Below, in pieces: positions 22,692 through 32,821 of a stretch of DNA of 55,547 bases. The stretch is from Saprolegnia diclina VS20 (lineage: Eukaryota). The position numbers and the translations under genes are program-made. The notes beneath the pieces are model-generated. The model was not told where the DNA came from. It ran no database searches and was given only the letters and a program-made list of their open reading frames with translations. The DNA lies in assembly GCF_000281045.1 (NCBI RefSeq), contig NW_008246088.1, positions 451,724 to 507,270 of the forward strand, in the 5' to 3' direction. Every line of letters starts with the position of its first letter. Positions within the stretch are counted from its first letter, which is position 1.

Positions 22692-24920
22692 ATGTCGAGC
22701 AACTCGTCGCAGCCCCACACGCGACCGCCCGTCTACCGCGGCGAGATCCGCACCGACTTTCGGCGTGGCGCCACCGCGTCGCCGCTCGCCCCCGAAGTCC
22801 GCACCGACTTTCGCGCGTCGGCGCGTCCCCAGGCGACGCCGCCCCACGAGGCGCGCACTGATTTTCGGCGCACAGCCACGGCGTCGCCCGGTGTGAGCAG
22901 CCACGGACGCGCATCGCCGGCGTCCACGAACGGCGGTCGCCACCCGTCGAGCGCCGACTCGATCTCGTCCGGGCACTCGAACGAGCCGCACATGCGCAGC
23001 ATCCACAGCAACCCGCACCACCCGCCGGCGACGATCCCAGACGTGCCGCACCTCGAAGGGGACGTGGCCATGCTCTCGAGTGAGAACGGCTTTGACGGCA
23101 AGCCCCATGAAGGCAACGACGAGTACTACGCGTACCTCTGGACGATCGAAGGCGCGCGCTACAAGAAGATTTACTTTGGCCTCCCCGGGCTCGTGATTGC
23201 GATCGTGCTCGGTGTCGTCCTGGCCTTTGGCGTCGACCAAGCGACGCGCCTCTCGAACCTCTCGCCGGACGCCATTGACGCCATGCCCATGGGCGACGTC
23301 CTCACTGAAATCGCATCGTACCAAGCCAACCTCGAGACGAAAAACATGTGGAACGACTGGATCAAGCTGCCGGGCGACATGCTCATCCGCGCGCTCTCAT
23401 GCCTCGTCGTGCCGCTTATCTTTGTCAACGTGACGGTCGGGATCGCCGACCTCTTCCGCCTCAGCAAGAGCAAGATGGTCGGGTCGCGCATGGTGTTCCT
23501 CTTCATCACGCTGTCGCTGCTCGCGGCCATCGAAGGGGTCCTCCTCGCTTCGCTTCTTCCTAAAAGCGTGTACCGCACCAAGTCGACGTCGCTCATGACC
23601 GGGAGTACGACCAACAACGGGTCCATTCCAATGACCATGGGGTGCCCGTTGAGCCCATCGACCAACCTCACGGGCTTTGTCGGTGTCACGTCGAGCGGCG
23701 AGATGGCGTGTATGGCGCGGGAGACGACGCTCGCAATCAACGATACAAATGCCGTGTACCAGCAAGCGTCGAGTGTGAACGCGACGACGCAAGGCCCGGA
23801 GCAAGTCTTCTTTACGCTCATGAACGAACTCGTGACCGACAACCTAGTCGGCGCGTTTGTTCAAGACTCGGCGCTCGTGAGTGTCGTGGTGTTTGCGATG
23901 CCGCTCGGGGTCGTCCTTGCGAAAATCTCGCACTCGAACCACGCGATTTTGGATCTTTTCCGGCAGCTCAACTCGATCTTCCTCATCATGATTGGGTGGG
24001 TCATCAACTTTGTGCCGATCGCAGTCCTCTTCCTCGTCGCGTCGTCGTTCGTGCTGCCCGAAGACCCCACGTACACGAACCCATTGCCCAAAGTGCAAAC
24101 CTTCTCGAAAGCCGCGGCAAACGCGACCGCCGACACAATTCTGTCGCCGGCCGAGGCCGCGCTGACGCTCGCGTACCGCCAGGCGCTCCACCTCATCATC
24201 GTGCGTCAAAACTCATTCTTTGGCAACTTTTCGGCCGCGGCGCAAGCCATTGGCGCGCTCACCGCCATCTTTGCTGCTGGCGCGTTGCTGCACTGCTATC
24301 TTGTGCTGCCAGTCATCGGCTTTCTCACGACGCGCCGGAGCTTTTACGCCTACGTGTTTCAAATCAAGAAGGCGCTCCACTTTGGCTTTGCCTCGTCGGC
24401 GTCGCTCGCGGCGTTGCCGATGCTCATCCAGGCCATCGATGCCACCCGGACAGTCTCGCAGCAGCTCGTGCGCTTTGTGACACCGGTCGCCACCGGTATT
24501 CACATGGACGGCGCGGCCTTCTACCTTGCGGCGTGCACGGTGTTTTTGATGAAGTCGCAAATGGCCAGCGACGACGTTGGCGCCGACGCGTTTGGGCTCG
24601 GTATCGGCAAGGTCATTCTGATCGTCTTTGCTTCCGTGATTACGTCGTGGAACGTCTCGCCGATCCCGCACGGCGGCCTCATTTGGGTCACGGCGGTGTG
24701 GAACTCGGTTGTGAGCGACGTGGCGCCGGCCAACTTCGTGTGGATCGTCGCCATGGACGTGCTTTTGGACCGGTTTGCGACGTACATGAACATCATGGGC
24801 AATGCCGTCGTGACGCGCATCATTGCCGAGCAAATCGACGAGACGTACGTCGACGAACAAGACCGTCTCGACTCGATCGACGACGCGACGCCGCCGATTG
24901 CGATCCCGACGCGGTCGTAA
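22692..24920 (+). CDS. SLC1/DAACS family transporter, copy 3, intronless
   Basis: SASLAALP, GIHMDGAAFY, IPHGG, LDRFATYMNIMGN; clearly paralogous to copies 1 and 2. Confidence 0.92.
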   Translation: MSSNSSQPHTRPPVYRGEIRTDFRRGATASPLAPEVRTDFRASARPQATPPHEARTDFRRTATASPGVSSHGRASPASTNGGRHPSSADSISSGHSNEPHMRSIHSNPHHPPATIPDVPHLEGDVAMLSSENGFDGKPHEGNDEYYAYLWTIEGARYKKIYFGLPGLVIAIVLGVVLAFGVDQATRLSNLSPDAIDAMPMGDVLTEIASYQANLETKNMWNDWIKLPGDMLIRALSCLVVPLIFVNVTVGIADLFRLSKSKMVGSRMVFLFITLSLLAAIEGVLLASLLPKSVYRTKSTSLMTGSTTNNGSIPMTMGCPLSPSTNLTGFVGVTSSGEMACMARETTLAINDTNAVYQQASSVNATTQGPEQVFFTLMNELVTDNLVGAFVQDSALVSVVVFAMPLGVVLAKISHSNHAILDLFRQLNSIFLIMIGWVINFVPIAVLFLVASSFVLPEDPTYTNPLPKVQTFSKAAANATADTILSPAEAALTLAYRQALHLIIVRQNSFFGNFSAAAQAIGALTAIFAAGALLHCYLVLPVIGFLTTRRSFYAYVFQIKKALHFGFASSASLAALPMLIQAIDATRTVSQQLVRFVTPVATGIHMDGAAFYLAACTVFLMKSQMASDDVGADAFGLGIGKVILIVFASVITSWNVSPIPHGGLIWVTAVWNSVVSDVAPANFVWIVAMDVLLDRFATYMNIMGNAVVTRIIAEQIDETYVDEQDRLDSIDDATPPIAIPTRS

Positions 24921-25393
24921 TGTCCTGTACTACTAAAAGACAATTATAACCACAGTACCCAAAACCTCGTCGGATTACACGGAGGTATTAAGACTGTACG
25001 ACTACAACTTATACACCATCAACACGTTTCACTTTGTGTTGTTACTACTGTTCGGCATGTGCCATGTTTAAAATGAGATAGTCTGGAGATGTGGCCGACC
25101 GGCGGCGCATCCATGTCCCCAATACTAGTATCACGGCTGGTCAAGGCGAGTGTCAAGGCGGCAACGGCAGCGTATCGCTTGAAGATGATACACAGCAAAG
25201 AGAATGCCAAGACGCCTCGGAGCGCAAGAGTTGCTGCTTGGAAGAAGCCCTCCGCCCGAGGACGATGAGTGAGCCATTGGTGGCAACTGCCGAATCCAAC
25301 TCACGAATCGACGAGAAGTCCGAAAGTAAGCCTAATTAGGACAAGAGCCCACGTTGAAAGCTGGGGCCAGTTATTTTTACCGCTGCTGCAAGC

Positions 25394-25765
25394 ATGAGCC
25401 TCCGCAGTCAGGCCCTGTGGGGCTACCGCCGCCTTGTCCGCGCGAGCGAGAGGGCCTTCGTCGGCGACGTCTACGCCATCACGGAGGCGCGCAAGGCCAT
25501 CCGCGCCAACTTTGTCGAGAACCGCGCCGAGACCGACACCGAGACGATCCAGGCCATGGTCAAGGGCATCACCGAGGCCGAAGATATGCTGCTCTTCAAC
25601 ATTGTACAGGGCAAGAAGAACGAGTCGGGCTCGTTCGCTGTCAAGCTCACGGACCCGCAGAAGAGCAAGATGCGCAAGGACGAAGAGATCACGGCTGTGA
25701 CGCCGACGACGGTCAAGACGCCCGAAATCACGCGGTCCTGCGCGACGGGCGACTGCCCTGCATAA
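25394..25765 (+). CDS. LYRM7: LYR-motif protein, LYRM7/Mzm1-like (complex III assembly factor)
   Basis: ALWGYRRLVRASERAFVGD..EAR..IRANF..EAEDMLLFNIVQG matches the Mzm1/LYRM7 pattern. Confidence 0.8.
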   Translation: MSLRSQALWGYRRLVRASERAFVGDVYAITEARKAIRANFVENRAETDTETIQAMVKGITEAEDMLLFNIVQGKKNESGSFAVKLTDPQKSKMRKDEEITAVTPTTVKTPEITRSCATGDCPA

Positions 25766-26184
25766 GCACGCCTGTACAACCCATAATAGATGTGAGAACA
25801 CGTACGAAGAGCGCCTTTGCACGGCCATTGTGTCTACGCGTCTCAGTCATAGTCTCGTGCAACGAAGCCAACTCACGGAGCCTGGCTGGCACGACACGGT
25901 GCTTCCAACGAACCTGTGTCAAGCCACCTGATAACAACGACGCGTGGGACAATCACGTCCACGGCGCCGGCAACTCAGACGAGCCGTGCGCCTCGGTCTT
26001 CGGCAGACTACCACCCGCCGTATGCGGCGACGTTGATCTCTACGATGCAGCTCGGTATGCAGCGATAAGCAATCAGTTCTTAGAGACAAAATATCGCGCG
26101 GTCAATTAACTTCACGTGGGCGACAAATAGTTTACAAAAATGGGCGCCAACGGCCAAGCGTCGGGCATAAAATAGAGGCCACAT

Positions 26185-26412
26185 TTAGTTGGCGGCGAGG
26201 GCGCGGCCATAGTAGGCGTTGAGGAGGTACCGGCCCGTGAGCATGTCGACGACGGTCTGGAAGGTCGACTTGCGGTCGGCCACTTCGTCCTCATCGTCGC
26301 TCTTCTTCTTCTTCGAGGAGAAGTCGTCGTCCGACTCGAGCGCGGCCTGCGAGAGCCCAATGCACGCGATGAGGATCGAGACGAGGAGCAGGATGTAGCG
26401 CAGCGGACACAT
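26185..26412 (-). CDS. Small 75-aa membrane/secreted protein of the plant-type MCPLR...DM.GRYL family
   Basis: MCPLRYILLLVSILIACIG...VVDMLTGRYL; Inr-like TCACTTTGCCTTTT immediately upstream. Confidence 0.75.
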   Translation of the reverse strand: MCPLRYILLLVSILIACIGLSQAALESDDDFSSKKKKSDDEDEVADRKSTFQTVVDMLTGRYLLNAYYGRALAAN

Positions 26413-27273
26413 GAGAGCAAAAGGCAAAGTGAACGATCTTTTCGTAGTGCCAACGTCGTACGATTTAATATCGCAGGCTGTAAGAGCACTGGATGTTTGT
26501 ATGCAAGCGAGTAAAATAAAGATGTTTGAATTTTGAAAAATAGAGATATTTGTATGGGCTCTGGACTTTGGACACGATGGACAAGCATTTTATTTTATTA
26601 CTACGAACGAATGCGAAGCCGCACTAATGCAGTTCGAACCAGACCCAATCAGATGGGCGCGTACGCAGAACGCGCTGCGATTGGCTGCAAGATGATTTCG
26701 AACGGCCAATACAATGCGAGAATGCACCGGAACGAACCGAGGAAGACAGCCGGAGAAGCGCCATTTTCGCTGGATGCATTGCGATGGGGAAGAGTCGGGC
26801 CAGTTGCAGGCAAGGGCGCCAACCGACCGACCGAGATGGAGCGGGTTTCAAATGCAGCTACAGCGGCTTTGAAGTATATTACGACTAGTAGTATCCGTAC
26901 TACGACTAGTGCTGGAGTAGCGAAAGGGAGTGTAGAAGAAGGCGATGCAATGTGAAATTGTTCAAAATGGAATTCTTGAAGTGGACTAAACTTCCACCGA
27001 CGTCGTCGGTCGTCGCACTCATCCTCGACATCGCAACTTTTTGCCGGCAATGAGCGAAACGGCATGTCGTTATCGTCACACCAAGCCACGACAGTGCATC
27101 GTAGCTCATCCTCCATCTTTGAATCGCCAGAGATGACGCCAGCAACACGAGGCCTCCGCCTGGTGCGGCTGGCTCGACGAGCTGCCTCCGCATTCTTCGT
27201 TCGTCCCTGGATCTTGGCTTCGATAACACACACAAGGGTGTATATCGATACACCAATGCAATTTTGTAGTAGA

Positions 27274-28544
27274 TTACAGTGAGCTATTGACAACGCGCAC
27301 GGCGTCTTTGCCGAGCAGCGGCTCGAGCACGTCAAAATTGGTCGCAACGTGGAGGTCACTAAGCGCAATCGGCAGCACCAAGTCGTTCTCGAGCTTGGTA
27401 TTGCGGTACGACGTCCGGAGGAGCTCATCTGCGCTTGCGAGTCGCTGGCGCAGAGTCTCGTCGTCCACCTACGACGCGACCTTGGTGCTGATAGGCAGTC
27501 AATAAAGCATACCAATACATTTTCAAGGTTGTCCAGCAGCGGAAGGAGACCACCCGAGGCTTCGAGAAGGTCGACGGCTTGGCGTCTATTGAGGCCGCCA
27601 GGAAGACCGGGCGTCTTGCCCCATCGGTCGCCGCAGAGCGCACGAATATCGGGCTGCAAGAAGGGCTTGCCGCCGTGGAGCATGGCACGGACGTCCTTCT
27701 CCCGCAGCACTTGGTTGCGCGAAGGCTTGAGGACCGTCACGGTCGAGCTTTGCACGAGCTGGAGAAAGTCATTGTCGTTTGATACAATCACTGCGTTGTA
27801 GCCTTGGTCCACGCAAGCCTTGGCGTATGACGCAATGAGGTCGTCGGCCTCGACGCCGGGCACACGGGCGATCGGAAGGTTGAGCGCTCGCAGTGCCGCC
27901 GTCTAGGTACATGAGTAAGCAAAATGAATAGCGCCAGATCTCTTGACTGTACCGTGAGCTTGAACTGCGGCCGAAGGCGAGGCTCCATGGGCTTGCGCTC
28001 CGACTTGTACGCTGGGTTTTCCTTCTTTCGGTCCGTGACCTTGCTCGTATCGAAGAAAACGACGATGCCGTCCGGCTGCTGCGTGAGAACGAGGTGGCGG
28101 AGTCGCTGGAGGAAACGCACCGTCGCGCCAACGTATGCGTCGTTGCTACCGAGAAATTGTGCGTTAGCCGCAAGTTGAAGTCGGACGTAGTACTGCATCA
28201 TCGGACACGTTGGGTCAAACACAAAGTACTGGAGGTTGTTGCCATCGACCAAGCAGACGGTCTTGGCGTTGCGGCGGCCTGTCGACAGGACGACACGTTT
28301 GCTCGGCTCGGTGGGCGCTGGAAGCTACACAGAGAGCGCACATGAGGCAGGCGAGCGCGTCGGTTGGACGTACCGAGGTTGGTGGCTGCCACCAGCTGCG
28401 GAGGCGGGCAAACAGGTCTGTAAGCACCGAGAACTCGCGCGCTGGCGCCTGGAACCGCTGGGCGCGCATGGCTGGTCGCAGCGGAGCATGACGGCCGGCC
28501 CGCGTCAGCGGCAACGCCCGGCGACGAAGTGTAGCGAGCATCAT
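27274..28544 (-). CDS. Stand-alone DNA PolI-type 5'-3' exonuclease/flap endonuclease with probable mitochondrial presequence, multi-exon
   Basis: Arg-rich MMLATLRRRALPLTRAGR; LVDGNN, VVFFD, PAYKSERKPM, GVEADDLIAS, IVSNDNDFLQLV, H3TH ALCGD..PGLPG. Confidence 0.88.
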
Positions 28545-28718
28545 CTTGGTGTGATTGATTGGTGTTGTGCACGAATCTTCGTCGAAGTACTGTGTGCGAT
28601 TTTATTGGCTATCGAAGTACGGGAAACTTCGGATATACGTGGCGGCACCAGCAGCAACTGCGCGTCTTCCCGAAACAACAGAAACGATCCAAGCGCCGAA
28701 GCGTCGTGTATAGCTACA

Positions 28719-29454
28719 ATGAGCTCCATCTTTGAGGTCGAGCAGCTCCAAGCCAAGTACAATCGTACGTGCCCCTGCATAGCGCCGGGTTTCGCATAGT
28801 CTTCGTAGTCCCTCCTCGAAAGATCTACGAACTCCACGCTCGATTTCAAGCAGCGATCAAGGGGTATGCCTTTAGGAATACACCAGCGCGCTTCTCAGTG
28901 GTCTCTACCGTAGGGACATGCGCGACCCAAACGTCAATACGACGTACGTTCAAGTACAAAAGTAGCGTCCTTCTTTGCTCACCGGCGTAGAATTCTCACG
29001 GCGCTCCTTCGCTCGTGCATCGAGCCCAACACGACCGAGCCATCGTTTTCCCGGTTCGTCGAGCACTACACGGTACAAAAGACTCCGAGAAAACCTTAAG
29101 CGCAGTCGCATCGTCGTAGCTCTTCTCATCCGACAAGCTGCCCGACAAGCTGCAAGGTAGACACATGCATGTGGATGCTTCTGTCGCAACCTCATGACGC
29201 GCCCAGCAATCCACCAGTGGCTGCTGCTTATGGCCCACAAGGAGACGCCTACGAGCATGAACGATCTCTCTCCAAGCGACCTCCGAGGGATTCTAGCACC
29301 GTACTCGAGTGACCCTGCGCTCTTAAGCCTTCAGATCAACGACATGCTGCCGACGACCGAGTCGACGGGGCTGTCGGCAGCAGCCTTTGCATCGTACGTG
29401 ACGACGCGACGTCCCGTGCCGGAGCTCGCGACGATGTTGTCGCAAACCAAGTAA
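28719..29454 (+). CDS. 168-aa six-exon protein, degenerate calcineurin-B/NCS-like fold (not recovered by ORF track)
   Basis: Exons 28719-28764, 28800-28863, 28914-28943, 28991-29072, 29120-29156, 29207-29454 splice via five GT-AG introns into one 507-nt ORF. Confidence 0.7.
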
Positions 29455-29486
29455 AGGTGGATGGATGAATTTGGATTTTTAAACAC

Positions 29487-32363
29487 TTAGGCCTTCTTGG
29501 CAAACTGGAGCGCGCGCTTCTCGGCCTTCTTGGACTGGCTGTCGTGGATGCGCTCCTCCTCCTTCTCGGCCTTCTTCATAATGTCCTCGAGAATGCTGTT
29601 CTTGTATTCGTGGAACGTGCCCGGGTATGCGACGCAGTCCAAGTCGTCGACAACCCAGAGCGTACACCGAATGGCCTCAATGAGACGCGCGTCGTGCGTA
29701 ACGACAACGACGCCGCCGTCGTAGTGGTTGAGCGCTTCGCACAAGGCGTCGATCGACTCGATATCCAAGTTGTTGGTCGGTTCATCGAGCACGAGCACGT
29801 GCGGGTTGAGCAAGATGAGTTCGGCGAGCACGACACGCGCCTTCTGACCACCCGAAAGGAGACGGTTCTTGATCTCGTGCGCGTGACCTTCCAAGCCGAC
29901 CTTGCCGAGCAAGTTGCGCGCATCCTGGTACGTAATATCCTGGAAGAGGCGGCGGAGGTACTCGACAGGCGTCTCACCCATGGGCAGCTAAACATTGCCA
30001 TGAGCATCTCGCGAATAGACCACTGACGCAAGGTACCTTGTCGACAAAATGTTGGTTGTACACACCCATACGAAGGCGGCCGTTGCGACGGACTTCGCCT
30101 TCCTCGGGGTTGAGGTCACCCGTGATGATCTTGAGCAAGGTCGACTTGCCGACACCGTTGGGGCCGACAATGCAGACGCGCGAGTCCGTATCGATACCAA
30201 AGTCGACGTCCTTGAACAAGTACGGGGAGTTGCCGTACTTCCAGCTCACTTCGCGCACTTCGAGGATCGGCGGCGACAGCTGCGTGATCTCCTTGAACGA
30301 AAACTTGACCGTGTACTCGCGCGGGCGCTCGAGAAGGGCAAGCGTGTTACCACCGTCCTGTGCCGATTCGACGCTCGACTTGGCTTGCTTCTTGGCGGCG
30401 CGGGCACCAGGCTCGCGCTGCTTCTTGACAATGTCCGTCGCCTTCTTGGACGACGTACCCGACGCCTTGAGGTTGCGGAGCTGCTTTTGCTGCTTCTCCC
30501 ACGCCTTCTCGGCCTGCTTGCGCTTCTGGACCTCCATCTCGCGGAACATGTCGTAGTTGCCGCGGTACGGCGTAAGCTTCTTCTGGTCGAGGTGGAGGAT
30601 TTCACCGCAGACCGAGTTGAGGAAGTCGGCGTCGTGCGACACAATGAGCAGCGTCTTCTTCCACTTCTGGAGGTAATCGTCGAGCCAAATGACAGCGTTG
30701 AGATCCAAGTGGTTCGTCGGTTCATCAAGCATGAGCAACGTCGGCTCCACGTACAGCGCCTTGGCGAGCGAGATACGCATACGCCAACCACCGGAAAAGT
30801 CCTTGGTTGACTTCTCCTGCATCATCGAGTCGAAACCGAGACCGAAGAGAATACGGCGCGCGCGGGCTTCGGCAGCCGCCGCGTTCATGCCCGCAAGGAG
30901 CTCGTATACTTCATTCAAACTATGCCACAGAACGTCATGAGTTTTCCATGTCAACACCGGTTGGTATCGTCGTACCGCTGGTCGGCCTGCTCGCTTTCAC
31001 CATCTTCGAGCTTCTTCAAGAGGCTCTTTTCTTCTTCGAGAAGCGCCCAGCGCTCGGCGTCGGCCTTGAGGACGGCGTCAACGGCGCGCGTGTCGTCAGC
31101 GACAACTTCTTGCTCGACGTACAAGCAGTCGATCTTGGGCGGAATGCGGAGCTCGCCAAGCGCAATCATCTTGAGGATCGTCGTCTTACCTTGACCGTTG
31201 GGACCGACGAGACCGTACTTGCCGCCATGGTTGATGTGCAGCGACGCGTTGTCAAAGAGGAGCTTGTTGTGCGCGTTGATGGTGAAGTTGTCAATGTGGA
31301 TGTCCGTCGCGTTCTCCCAGTTGGCGTCTTCCGTGATCGCTTGCTGCGACACGGAGAACTGCTGCCCGTCGAGCGGGTTGGCCGCGCGGTGGTACTCGGT
31401 CTCGCGCTCGACGGCCTCGGCTTCTTCCTTGAGCTTGCGGCGCTCCTTGTTGCTGAGCTTCTTGTCCTTCTTTTCCTTCTTCTCCTTCTTGGGCTTCTTC
31501 TCTTCGCTGTCGTTATCGTCGTCATCGTCGTTGGCCGCGTTGGCTTCCTCCGTCTTTTCGAGCTCGGCGATGAGCGCGGCCTTCTTCTTGTCCTTCTTCT
31601 TATCCTTCTTCTTGGTCGCGACCTCCTCTTCCTCCTTGGCGGCCTCGGCCTTGGCGAGCTCTTCCATCATCGCCGCCTTCTTCTTGTCCTTCTTCTTGCT
31701 GCTCTTCTTGGCCGCGATGCTGGCGGCGGCCGCGGCGTACGGATCTTCCTCGTCTTCCGCTTCGTCTTCAGCCGCGACGACCGAGACGTCTTCTTCCTCG
31801 GCCTCTTCTTCCTCGACCTCATCCTCAGCAAACGCCTGCTTCTTGCCCTTCTTCTTGTCCTTCTTCTTGGACTTCATGCTGGCCGCGGCCTGGAGGTACG
31901 GGTCTTCCTCGTCCTCCTCGACGTCTTCGACGACGGCAATCTTCTCTTCCTCGTCGTCGTCGTCCGCGAACGACGCCTGCTTCTTGCCCTTCTTCTTGTC
32001 CTTCTTCTTGGACTTCATGCTGGCCGCGGCCTGGAGGTACGGGTCCTCTTCTTCCTCGACGTCTTCGACGACGATCTTCTCTTCCTCGTCATCATCATCG
32101 TCCGCAAAGGAGGCCTGCTTCTTGCCCTTCTTCTTGTCCTTCTTCTTGGAGGCCATGCTCGCCGCCACCTGGGCGTACGGGTCGACCTCTTCGACCTTGG
32201 GCGCGGGCTCGTCGTCCGAGTCGTCGCCCCGGCGCTTCCCGCCCTTCTTGCCCTTGGGCTCCTTCTTCCCCTTGCCGGCCTTGGGCGTCTCTTCCACGAC
32301 CTTGGCGGGCGCGGGCTCGTCGTCCGAGTCGTCGCCACGGCGATTGTTGCGCTTCCGGGCCAT
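29487..32363 (-). CDS. ABCF1: ABC-F family ATPase (ABCF1-like)
   Basis: Two NBDs and no TM domain: [30 protein letters not shown] and [27 protein letters not shown]; long K/E-rich N-terminus; two short introns. Confidence 0.92.
31690..32345 (-). repeat. Coding tandem repeats in ABCF N-terminus
   Basis: Four DPY..AAS..KK.DKKK units (two nearly identical at DNA level) plus two [12 protein letters not shown] units. Confidence 0.9.
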
Positions 32364-32610
32364 CGCTCTCGACTTGTGAAAATGCGTCTGCTGGCCAAGA
32401 ACCCCGGGGCCCACGGAGCGCTCACTCTCCGCACTCTCTCTTACTTTAACCCAGATAAACATCCACTCTCGTCACACTTGGGCGTCGCGGCCTTGCATTT
32501 TATTCGGACGCTGATTGGCTATTATTTTGCGCCCCGACGAAGTTTCCCCGCGCCTTCGCGTGTCAACCGCACCGTCGAGTAGCTTTGCCCCGTCGCAGGC
32601 CACCGACTGA

Positions 32611-32665
32611 GGCTGGTCTTCTTAGTCAATGGCAGCGACTAAGACTAAGTCTAAGAAGACCAGCC
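32611..32665. repeat. Perfect 15-bp inverted repeat (hairpin/MITE-like remnant)
   Basis: ggctggtcttcttag (32611-32625) and ctaagaagaccagcc (32651-32665). Confidence 0.85.
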
Positions 32666-32821
32666 ATGCGCTGCAGGGGACAGGGGTGTCGACAATGCGA
32701 CGACTACCCAGCGATCTCCGGACCGAGCTGATAGCGGTACATACACTGTATTGCGGTAGGAGGAGCGGTCAAAAGAAATGTCAAGGACAGCATACAGAGG
32801 GTGTTGTGCTCTAAGGGGCGT

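Noticed and set aside
25113..25268. Basic 51-aa ORF vaguely like a histone H1 tail
   Set aside because: Too short, composition only.
26649..27273. 3' extension of the 404-aa ORF beyond the exonuclease
   Set aside because: Intron read-through; the spliced gene ends at 27274 and the extension has no recognisable features.
30807..32582. Long + strand ORFs (591 and 393 aa) and similar antisense ORFs at 14259-15428, 38625-39713 and 47377-48819
   Set aside because: Shadow frames of GC3-rich real genes on the opposite strand; no independent motifs.
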